DNA from: Candidatus Caccovivens sp.
Lineage (GTDB): Bacteria; Bacillota; Clostridia; Christensenellales; UBA1242
Direction: 5' to 3'
Length of the DNA: 64,000 bases
Assembly (NCBI GenBank): GCA_045650745.1
Contig: JAZRRN010000048.1
Span: forward strand, 5,896 to 69,895
Part shown: positions 27,040-34,578 of the stretch, one piece after another
Layout of the letters: every line of letters starts with the position of its first letter
How positions within the stretch are numbered: position 1 is the first letter of the stretch
Notes under the pieces: generated by a model
What the model saw: only the letters and a program-made list of their open reading frames with translations
Databases searched by the model: none
What the model was told of the DNA's origin: nothing
Made by a program: the position numbers and the translations under genes

Positions 27040-29739
27040 TTATCTACCTTCAAAGAGTTTTCTTACATAAGGTTGAGCAATAACTTGAACTGTCGTTCTG
27101 GCTGTTGCGCTTGTGATCAAGAAGCATTGTCCAACGCCGGCAGTAACGATTGTGTTTTGTTCTTCTTCGTTGATACCACCAGATTTTTCATACAACGACA
27201 CAAGGTCGGATATATCTGCCGGAGCAAGTGAGAAGATCATAGAATATTGACAAGCGTTGATAACGGCTGTTGATTGTCTTCTGATTTCTTCAGTACCAAC
27301 GAAGTCGGCAATGTTTTGTGTAATGATAAGCAACATACCACCGTATTTTCTAATACGCTTAGCCATCTGTGCCATAAAGTCCAAAGCTACTGGGTATTTA
27401 GGGTTAATAAAGATGTGAGCTTCGTCAACGGCAACGATAATTTTTCTGTTTTTGCGATATTTTTTGTTGAAGTCTTTGTTGTTGATAACTTCGTTGTTGA
27501 GGTATCTAAATACCAAAAGCATCTGAGCGTTTGTGATTTGTCCGTTGTTTCCAGCAACCAATGATTGGAAGTTGAAAGTAACGAAGTTTTCGTTTGTTTC
27601 AATAGAAGTTGGGCCATTCCACAACGCACTGTTTCTTCCACCTGTCGCAAACTTCTTGATGTAAGTTTCAACAGTCATCAAACTTCTCAAAGAGAATTCG
27701 TCTTTCGCTTCTTTAATTCTCTTTACAATCAAAGCATACAAGTCGTCAAAGGTTGGATAATCAGTTGGCTTCAATCTAGCCAAGTTTGAAGTTTCACCAA
27801 TGTCTTTTTCTTTGTACATATCAATAATCAAAGAGTTGAGTGTTTCGAAAGCGTCTGTGTTGATACCTTCCAAAATAACTCTAAAGAATTGTTCCAAAAA
27901 CTGCAAGTGTTGTGCAAACGAGTCGTCGACTTTCTTGTCAAGTTGTTTCTTCTTTTGGATAGGTCTTCCAAAATCGTCAAATTCTTCTTCCTCTTCTTTT
28001 TCTTCGTCTTCAGACGCTTCCAAAGATGAAATAACGTGGAATGGATTCAAAATTCCGTGAAGTGATGATCCAACGTCGATAAACTTTCCACCAAGACTCA
28101 TTGTCAAATCTTTATATTCGTTTTCAGGGTCGAGAATAAAGATCTTACAGTTGTCGGCTGACAAGTTTGTCAACAAAGTTTTTGTAGCATAAGATTTTCC
28201 GGAACCAGATTTTCCAATAACCATCATGTTTGAGTTAACTCTGCTTCTATCTCTCTTGAAGAAGTCAACAAACACTGGATATTCGTTGTCTCCCAAATAA
28301 ATTCCGTTTGGATCTTGCAACGCATTTGAAATAAATGGGAATGTCGCAGCAAGAGTTGTTGTTGGGATACCTCTGGCATTTTTTACCATTGCATCTCTTC
28401 TTGAAACGCCGGCAGAAACAAATCCATCAATTTGTCTTGCAAACAATTCAGAATATTTGAAGCCAGATTGTTTGAGCATCGCTCTAACATCTTTCTTTGC
28501 AGCATCTTCTGCAATGACATAAGTGTTTACGTTGTAAAGTTGTTCGTTGCTGTTTTTCAAACTTTGAAGCAAATCTTTCAATGTTGCCAAGTGAGTTTGA
28601 AGTTCGATTTGAGTAGAACTCTTTCCTGCTTTTTGCAACTTTGTTTCCATTTCCATGATACCACGGTCGATTTGCTTTTCAGATTCAAGTCTTCCAATCG
28701 GAGTAAACTTCATTACAACTCTAGTTCTGTCCAAAAGAAAAACTGGTGATCCCCAAGCATTTCCTACTTGCAAAGGATAGTCTGTCAAACTGAAACAACG
28801 ATAAGGTTGGTCATCAATAAAATATCTTGCGATGTTGAATTTGATTTTTTCTGGAGTCGCCCACTTCATATATTCTGACATTGGCATAACTTCCAAATCT
28901 CTTTCGTCAAATTCTTTTGTAAGGTTTGCCTTCAAGAAGACATACAAGTCATTTCCTTCAAGTTTGTGTGATGTGATTGGGTTGAGTGCTGCGCCCATTG
29001 CTTGGATCATACCTGAAGTGGTTGTATCCAAAATTTCCATGTCCTTGTCATAAACGACCATATAGAAGTGATCTTTGTAGACTTTTGATTGTCTGTTCAT
29101 AAATTCGTAAAGCGTAACTCTTTCTTCAAAGATCGGAGCACGGGCATCAATTTCGTCTTGTGAAATTTGTCCATCATATTGCATGTCATAAAGCACATCA
29201 TACTTTTGGTTTTCGCCATGAATGTATCTATCCAAAATCATTGGCTTGCTGATCTTGACAAGCGAACAAGTTTGATCTGGTGTCAATCTTCTGAATGCGT
29301 TGGCAAAAGCATTGATAACATTGTCTTGATAATATTCTGTCAACAAAGTGAAAAACATTGGTTCGATTTCAATAACTTGTGCATAGTATGGACCAAAGTT
29401 GATAAACTTGTCTTGATACACACCTTCGTATGCAATCATTTCGCCAACTGTTGATTTCTTCTTGGCACCATCTCCCTTGCTAAACTTTTTCTTTTGCACC
29501 GAATATTTCAGCAAGTGCACCAATGTGATATAGAAACGATCTTCATCGGCTGGCTTCAAATACATTGAGATTGCAACAATCAACCATGCAACACCAAGCC
29601 ATACGTGAAATGAGAAGTTTGCCAAAAACAAAACTACTGCCACGGCAATAAAAATAAGAGCCAAGATCAAGTCAAGCCCTGTGAAACCTCTCATAAATTC
29701 TGATTTAACTTTTGCTTTTTTTGGAATAACTCTAACCAT
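27040..29739 (-). CDS. VirB4/TraE/TrsE-family conjugation-type ATPase with an N-terminal VirB3-like two-TM segment
   Basis: 899 aa. Two TM helices (LILALIFIAVAVVLFLANF and VWLGVAWLIVAISMYL). Walker A MMVIGKSGSGKSY (about 28194-28217), DPENEY, Walker B KIIVAVDEAHIF (about 27412-27442), and ..ELFARQIDGFVSAG.. typical of Gram-positive VirB4 homologs. The stop is 41 nt upstream of the 3440-aa gene start, with no terminator between them. Confidence 0.8.
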   Translation of the reverse strand: MVRVIPKKAKVKSEFMRGFTGLDLILALIFIAVAVVLFLANFSFHVWLGVAWLIVAISMYLKPADEDRFYITLVHLLKYSVQKKKFSKGDGAKKKSTVGEMIAYEGVYQDKFINFGPYYAQVIEIEPMFFTLLTEYYQDNVINAFANAFRRLTPDQTCSLVKISKPMILDRYIHGENQKYDVLYDMQYDGQISQDEIDARAPIFEERVTLYEFMNRQSKVYKDHFYMVVYDKDMEILDTTTSGMIQAMGAALNPITSHKLEGNDLYVFLKANLTKEFDERDLEVMPMSEYMKWATPEKIKFNIARYFIDDQPYRCFSLTDYPLQVGNAWGSPVFLLDRTRVVMKFTPIGRLESEKQIDRGIMEMETKLQKAGKSSTQIELQTHLATLKDLLQSLKNSNEQLYNVNTYVIAEDAAKKDVRAMLKQSGFKYSELFARQIDGFVSAGVSRRDAMVKNARGIPTTTLAATFPFISNALQDPNGIYLGDNEYPVFVDFFKRDRSRVNSNMMVIGKSGSGKSYATKTLLTNLSADNCKIFILDPENEYKDLTMSLGGKFIDVGSSLHGILNPFHVISSLEASEDEEKEEEEEFDDFGRPIQKKKQLDKKVDDSFAQHLQFLEQFFRVILEGINTDAFETLNSLIIDMYKEKDIGETSNLARLKPTDYPTFDDLYALIVKRIKEAKDEFSLRSLMTVETYIKKFATGGRNSALWNGPTSIETNENFVTFNFQSLVAGNNGQITNAQMLLVFRYLNNEVINNKDFNKKYRKNRKIIVAVDEAHIFINPKYPVALDFMAQMAKRIRKYGGMLLIITQNIADFVGTEEIRRQSTAVINACQYSMIFSLAPADISDLVSLYEKSGGINEEEQNTIVTAGVGQCFLITSATARTTVQVIAQPYVRKLFEGR

Positions 29740-29801
29740 ACTTTCCCTCTTGCATTTATGATACTACAAATCGTTCTAAAAATACAAATAAATTTGCGAG
29801 A

Positions 29802-29821
29802 AATATTATATTTATAATATT
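29802..29821. promoter_or_regulatory. Perfect 20-bp palindrome upstream of the ATPase gene (possible operator)
   Basis: AATATTATA-TT-TATAATATT, 63-82 nt upstream of ATG 29739. The context is AT-rich. Confidence 0.3.
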
Positions 29822-29920
29822 GAAAAATCCAATAAAAGAAATCACAAAAAAAATCAAAAAATAAATAATAAAAAAATAAATTGACATTTCTATATGCACG
29901 AAAACACGCAACAAATAAAT

Positions 29921-29948
29921 AAAAAAGGCAAAAAATAATATTTTTGCC
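29921..29948 (-). terminator. Terminator of the 29979..30650 gene; it isolates the ATPase/giant-gene operon
   Basis: Minus strand: GGCAAAAA-TATTA-TTTTTGCC followed by T6. Confidence 0.65.
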
Positions 29949-29978
29949 GATTTTTTGCAATTTTTATTTAATTTATTT

Positions 29979-30650
29979 TTATTTTATTGAAAAAAACAAT
30001 TGATTTAATTTGTTGTGTTTTTTGACATTTTCAAAGATTTCTTTTGTTATTTTTTGACCACAACAAACAACCCTTTCGTTGTTGTATCCAATCACATCTT
30101 TGATGCAAAGTTTGCCAAGATAGTTCTTTTCGCTCAAATTGACAACCCCTGGCACCGACACAGTTTGCTTTTGTTGCGCCACAACCAAAATCTCTTTTTC
30201 ATCTTTTTTGACAACCATTGAAATTGGTTTAATCTTTTTTCTTTTTCTCAAATCAACAAAAACAAAATCTTCTCCTACAAACTTTAAATGTTTGCACAAC
30301 ACTTCAGCACAATCCGTAACAAATTTTGTGCACTTGTTGTTTTCAAATTCAATTGTTTCGATTTTTCCCAAATTTTGCAAATTTTCATCAAAAACAATCT
30401 TTCCAATCACATTGTCAAATCCATCAAACTCAAATTGCAAAACTTCAACTCTTTCCACAAAAACAAAGCTTTTTGTTTCAACTTTCACATCTTCGCACAA
30501 AACAAAATATTCATTTTCGCTTTCTTCATCAACAACAATCCACCCCACCCTTTTGCACAAAGACCAATCAATGCAAACATCAAGCACATATCCAATCTTT
30601 TTGCCGGTGGCGAGTTCTACAACAATTTTTGAAATATTTTTCACAACCAT
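29979..30650 (-). CDS. PRC-barrel-like domain protein (tentative)
   Basis: 223 aa. Two segments (..GKKIGYVLDVCIDWSLCKRVGWIVV.. and ..GKIVFDENLQNLGKIETIEF..) resemble PRC-barrel/YlmC-type repeats. The start may be GTG 30644, which has better spacing from the GGGGGA SD. Confidence 0.45.
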   Translation of the reverse strand: MVVKNISKIVVELATGKKIGYVLDVCIDWSLCKRVGWIVVDEESENEYFVLCEDVKVETKSFVFVERVEVLQFEFDGFDNVIGKIVFDENLQNLGKIETIEFENNKCTKFVTDCAEVLCKHLKFVGEDFVFVDLRKRKKIKPISMVVKKDEKEILVVAQQKQTVSVPGVVNLSEKNYLGKLCIKDVIGYNNERVVCCGQKITKEIFENVKKHNKLNQLFFSIK

Positions 30651-30781
30651 TCCCCCATATCACAACTTATGCAGTTTTGCATAAGAATAGAAATGATTTA
30701 TGTTTTTGCCACTTTTTCAACAAAATTGTGCAAATTTTCCACATTTTTGCACTTTTTTAATTTTCAATTCAACAAATAGAT

Positions 30782-30810
30782 TTGACAACACCACCTTGCT
30801 GTGCTAGAAT
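30782..30810 (+). promoter_or_regulatory. Promoter of the DUF1858-like gene
   Basis: TTGACA (30782-30787), 17 nt, TGc-TAGAAT (30805-30810). Confidence 0.6.
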
Positions 30811-30838
30811 AAAACCGAAAAATTTTTAGGAGATGTTT

Positions 30839-31042
30839 ATGAAAAAGAAAGAAATCACAAAAGATATGACAATTGGCGAAGTTATGAAATCAAACGAAAA
30901 ACTTGCAGATGTTTTTATGGGATTTGGCATGCATTGCTTTTCATGTCCAGTAAGCCAAATGGAAACAATCGAACAAGCTGCTGCAGTGCACGGCATCGAA
31001 CTTGACTTTTTGCTCAAAAAACTCAACGAAAACAACAAATAA
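30839..31042 (+). CDS. DUF1858 / hybrid-cluster-protein-associated redox-disulfide-type small protein
   Basis: MKKKEITKDMTIGEVMKSNEKLADVFMGFGMHCFSCPVSQMETIEQAAAVHGIELDFLLKKLNE. The start is set at the second ATG, 6 nt after AGGAG. Confidence 0.7.
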   Translation: MKKKEITKDMTIGEVMKSNEKLADVFMGFGMHCFSCPVSQMETIEQAAAVHGIELDFLLKKLNENNK

Positions 31043-31071
31043 AAAAGAAACCTCAACCGGTTTCTTTTTTT
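31043..31071. terminator. Bidirectional terminator between convergent genes
   Basis: A6-GAAACC-tcaa(cc)-GGTTTC-T7. Confidence 0.65.
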
Positions 31072-32152
31072 ATTCATCAAGTGCTTGCTTGATAAAGTTT
31101 TTAAGTTTGTCAGCATTGTCTTTGTTTTTTGTTGAAAACAAAATTTGTCTTTCTTCAATTTCGATAGGTTTTGTCAACAAATCGCTTTTGTTGAGAATGA
31201 CAATTCTGTTTTTTGTTGCACCGATATCGTCCAAAATCTTGTTTGTGATTTCGATGTTCTTTTTATAAAATTCGTCTGCAATGTCAACCACATGCAAAAC
31301 GAGATCAGCCCCTGCAACTTCTTCAAGTGTTGCAGAAAAACTCTCAACCAATTCGTGTGGCAACTTGCTGATAAAACCAACCGTGTCAATCAACAAACAA
31401 AATCGTCCATCTTCAAGATACATTCTTCTGCTTGTTGTATCCAGCGTTGCAAACAACTTGTCATCAGCATAAATTTTTTCTTTTGTCAGCAAATTGAAAA
31501 TCGAACTCTTTCCAGCATTTGTATAACCACCCAAAACAACATTTTTTATGCCATTTTTTTCTCTCAACACTTTGTTTTGTCTTCTGCTGTTTTTGATTTT
31601 TTCAATTTCTTTTTCAAGCAACAAAATTTCTTTTTCAAGTTTACGGCGATCAAGCTCCAACTTGGTTTCTCCCGGACCTCTCATGCCAGCACCACTGCCA
31701 CCAAAACGACCTTGACTGCCTTGCATTGATGACAATCTTGTCAAAAGATATCTGTCTTGTGCAAGTTTGACTTCAATTTTGCCTTCGCTTGATTTTGCAT
31801 TAAGTGCAAAAATGTCGATAATAAGCAAAATTCTGTCCAAAACTTTGATTTCCAATTCGTCTGACAAATTGCGAAGTTGCGATCCTGTAAGTTGATAGTC
31901 AACCACCAAACAATCACAAGGATTTTCTTTCAAAAATTCTTTGATTTCTGCAAGTTTGCCAACGCCCATAATAGTGCGACGATTGAAAGCATCAATACTT
32001 TGCGAAAAAATCTTGACAACTTCCATATCTGCAGAAAAACACAGTCTGCTGATTTCAGCAAACTGATATGCTTTTTCTTTATCATTTTCGATAGGGCAGA
32101 AAATCACTACCCTTTCTTTTTGTTCTTCTTTTACTTGAATCATCTTTCCCAT
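31070..32152 (-). CDS. hflX: GTPase HflX
   Basis: ..GPGETKLELDRRKL.., G1 GYTNAGKSSIFN, ..ATLDTT.., DTVGFI..LPHELVESFSATLEE. The start is uncertain (32152 or 32143). The track start 32158 abuts the -10 box directly and is therefore unlikely. Confidence 0.9.
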   Translation of the reverse strand: MGKMIQVKEEQKERVVIFCPIENDKEKAYQFAEISRLCFSADMEVVKIFSQSIDAFNRRTIMGVGKLAEIKEFLKENPCDCLVVDYQLTGSQLRNLSDELEIKVLDRILLIIDIFALNAKSSEGKIEVKLAQDRYLLTRLSSMQGSQGRFGGSGAGMRGPGETKLELDRRKLEKEILLLEKEIEKIKNSRRQNKVLREKNGIKNVVLGGYTNAGKSSIFNLLTKEKIYADDKLFATLDTTSRRMYLEDGRFCLLIDTVGFISKLPHELVESFSATLEEVAGADLVLHVVDIADEFYKKNIEITNKILDDIGATKNRIVILNKSDLLTKPIEIEERQILFSTKNKDNADKLKNFIKQALDE

Positions 32153-32158
32153 AAACAT

Positions 32159-32187
32159 ATTATAGCAAAAATGTTTTCAAAAAACAA
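32159..32187 (-). promoter_or_regulatory. hflX promoter
   Basis: Minus strand: TTGTTT (32187-32182), 17 nt, TGc-TATAAT (32164-32159). Confidence 0.5.
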
Positions 32188-32197
32188 CATTTTGTCG

Positions 32198-32863
32198 TTA
32201 GATTGATTTTGCCAAAATCGAACCATCTTCTGTGGATATAATCACCGACCAACTATTTCCACTGCGATCAAGCAAAGTAAAACACCAAAACACACCATCA
32301 AAGTTGTTTGCCTTTTTGTCCAAAACTCGCAAATATCCTTCGCCCAACAATTTGTTTGATTTTGTCAATGGTTGCAACAATTGATCAAACTCTTGGCAGG
32401 CGATTTCGATCGCTTTGTCACTGTCAATCAAAAAACTGTTTGAAATTGCATCAAGCACAATGCGTTTTTCGTCAAACTCAATCTCAACCTTTTCTCTCCC
32501 AGAAAACTTCTTTTCCATGTCACACATAAATTTTCCGTTGTTTTCATTAAGTTCCAATTCAACATCAACCAAAGCATCATCAATCAACACATTTGCCTTG
32601 ATCACATTTTGTTGCACAGGATTGTGAAATGCCAACACAAGCAATGCAAAATCTGTCAGCTGTCCACATCTCCCATCAAGCAAATATTCCTCTTCCCTCT
32701 CGCCAACTGACAAAGTCACATAACAATCATCATCTTCGCCATAATAATACACATTTGTCACCTCTGCCATGTTGTTTTCAACAAGTTTGTCTGCATCTAT
32801 CCCACAAGCCGACAAACCAACAAAAGCAAAAACCAGAAAAACAGCAATCACACCCTTTCGCAT
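32198..32863 (-). CDS. Hypothetical lipoprotein
   Basis: Start chosen at MRKGVIAVFLVFAFVGLSACG (lipobox LSAC) with GGAGG upstream. No recognisable catalytic motif. Confidence 0.7.
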   Translation of the reverse strand: MRKGVIAVFLVFAFVGLSACGIDADKLVENNMAEVTNVYYYGEDDDCYVTLSVGEREEEYLLDGRCGQLTDFALLVLAFHNPVQQNVIKANVLIDDALVDVELELNENNGKFMCDMEKKFSGREKVEIEFDEKRIVLDAISNSFLIDSDKAIEIACQEFDQLLQPLTKSNKLLGEGYLRVLDKKANNFDGVFWCFTLLDRSGNSWSVIISTEDGSILAKSI

Positions 32864-32958
32864 AACCCCTCCATATTTAGATTTGCTGTTATATATGTTT
32901 GATTTCATGCAAAAATGTTCTAAAATATTGTCAAAATACACAGAAAAATGGACAATTT

Positions 32959-33690
32959 ATGAAAACAGAAAACAAAAACATTCATTCTGGGCACAGACAA
33001 CGACTCACAGACCTTGTGACAAATGCCGGCATAGACAATGTCAGCGACATTCAGTCAGTCGAGTTTTTTCTTACCTACATCTTCCCTCGTGGCGATGTAA
33101 ATCCTCTTGCCCACCGACTTCTCGACAAATACGAAAACTTTGCAAACATTGTCAACTCTTCCGTTGCAGAACTTTGCACCATCAAAGGGATAAGCAAACA
33201 AAGTGCTCAAAAAATCAAAATGTTTGCCGAAATGTTTTATTTGTATTCTTCTTCAATGTTGTCATCAAAAACCAACCTTAAAAACAGTGGCCAATTTTTG
33301 GATATATTGGAAGGCATACTTCGTTTTCAAACAAGCGAAAATTTGTTTATTTTTGCATTCAATCACAACCTTGCTTTGATTGGAAAACGCCGCTTTGATC
33401 TCAACCTTGTCAGAGAAGTTGGCATAAGCCCTTATCAGCTTTACGACTTTCTTTCTTCAACAAAAGCAAGTCACATCATCATCGCACACAATCACCCTGG
33501 CGGCAAAGCACTCCCTTCTGCAGATGATCACGAGGCAGTTTTGTATATCGAACAACTTCTCAAAAATCTTGACTGCAAACTTATTGACAGCTTTATCGTT
33601 GGCAAAGATGGCATTTACAGCGAAAAGCAATCTTCTTATGCTCGCATTTTTTCAACAACTGATCAAATCACAAACATTGCAAATCAATAA
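32959..33690 (+). CDS. radC: RadC-like JAB-domain protein (UPF0758), paralog 1
   Basis: MKTENKNIHSGHRQRLTDLVTNAGIDNVSDIQSVEFFLTYIFPRGDVNPLAHRLLDKYENFANI..IKGI gives the HhH region. The JAB motif is ..IIIAHNHPGGKALPSADD. Confidence 0.85.
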   Translation: MKTENKNIHSGHRQRLTDLVTNAGIDNVSDIQSVEFFLTYIFPRGDVNPLAHRLLDKYENFANIVNSSVAELCTIKGISKQSAQKIKMFAEMFYLYSSSMLSSKTNLKNSGQFLDILEGILRFQTSENLFIFAFNHNLALIGKRRFDLNLVREVGISPYQLYDFLSSTKASHIIIAHNHPGGKALPSADDHEAVLYIEQLLKNLDCKLIDSFIVGKDGIYSEKQSSYARIFSTTDQITNIANQ

Positions 33691-33719
33691 AAAAGACCGA
33701 CAATTTGTCGATCTTTTTT
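33689..33719. terminator. Bidirectional terminator
   Basis: AAAAAGA(C)CGACAA-TT-TGTCG(A)TCTTTTTT. Confidence 0.65.
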
Positions 33720-34500
33720 ATTTCAACTTAAACAAAGTTGTTGGCCTTGTAAGTGCAACATCAATTTTGAAATTTTCCCCTTCAATCAACCCATGTTGTG
33801 CAAGCTGATTTGTTATATATTCGTATGCAAACGATGGCGAATTGTTTTCTTTGCTCAAGTGCGAAAGCACAATTTGTTTTGTGCCAGTTTGCACCAATTT
33901 TTCAATAAACTGTGCAGATGCCTCATTTGATAAGTGTCCGTTTGGTCCTGCAATACGCATCTTCAAAGTGAGGGGATATTTTTCGCAAGATCTAAGCATG
34001 CTCAAATCGTGATTCGCTTCAAGATAAATGAGCGAACTTCCTTTCACAACATTAAAAATCTTGTCGTTTGTGTGTCCCAAATCGGTCAAAATGCTGATTT
34101 TTTTGTCATTTTCAACAAAACTATATCCAAAACATTTCACATCGTGTGGCACTTCAACAGGATTGATAAGCAAATCTTTTATGCCAAACGAATCAACAAA
34201 AATCTTTTTGTTTTCTTCTTTCACTTTGTCGAGTTTGTCATTAAGCCCTGCCCAAACCTCGTTGTGCGCATACACCGGCACCGAATATTTTTTGCTGAAA
34301 ACATTGATGCCTTTGATGTGGTCAACATGCTCGTGGCTTACGATGATTGCATCAATGCTTCTTCCATCAACGCCAAGCAACGACAATCTGCTTTCTGCAT
34401 CTTTGCATGAAATACCCATATCCACCAAAATTCGTGAATTTTCCGTTTCAATGTATGTAAGATTTCCGTCGCTTCCTGACGACAAATTTATTACTTTCAT
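33718..34500 (-). CDS. MBL-fold metallo-hydrolase (YycJ/WalJ-like)
   Basis: MKVINLSSGSDGNLTYIETENSRILVDMG...IIVSHEHVDHIKG (HxHxDH). The start at 34500 is chosen because the track start 34527 lies inside the promoter. Confidence 0.8.
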   Translation of the reverse strand: MKVINLSSGSDGNLTYIETENSRILVDMGISCKDAESRLSLLGVDGRSIDAIIVSHEHVDHIKGINVFSKKYSVPVYAHNEVWAGLNDKLDKVKEENKKIFVDSFGIKDLLINPVEVPHDVKCFGYSFVENDKKISILTDLGHTNDKIFNVVKGSSLIYLEANHDLSMLRSCEKYPLTLKMRIAGPNGHLSNEASAQFIEKLVQTGTKQIVLSHLSKENNSPSFAYEYITNQLAQHGLIEGENFKIDVALTRPTTLFKLK

Positions 34501-34508
34501 GCCATACA

Positions 34509-34537
34509 ATTTTACACAATCTGACACAATTTGTCAA
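34509..34537 (-). promoter_or_regulatory. Promoter of the MBL hydrolase gene; it implies a leaderless or near-leaderless mRNA
   Basis: Minus strand: TTGACA (34537-34532), 17 nt, TAAAAT (34514-34509). Only 8 nt separate the -10 box from ATG 34500, and there is no SD. Confidence 0.6.
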
Positions 34538-34552
34538 TTTTTGCAGACAAAC

Positions 34553-34577
34553 AAAAAAGAGCATATAAAAATGCTCT
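34553..34577 (-). terminator. uvrA terminator
   Basis: Minus strand: AGAGCAT-TTTTAT-ATGCTCT followed by T6. Confidence 0.7.
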
Positions 34578-34578
34578 T

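Noticed and set aside
30015-30760. Several plus-strand ORFs (68-181 aa) overlapping 29979..30650
   Set aside because: They overlap one another in multiple frames and give low-complexity Ser/Thr/Phe-rich translations. The minus-strand ORF has coherent repeat structure plus a promoter and terminator context.
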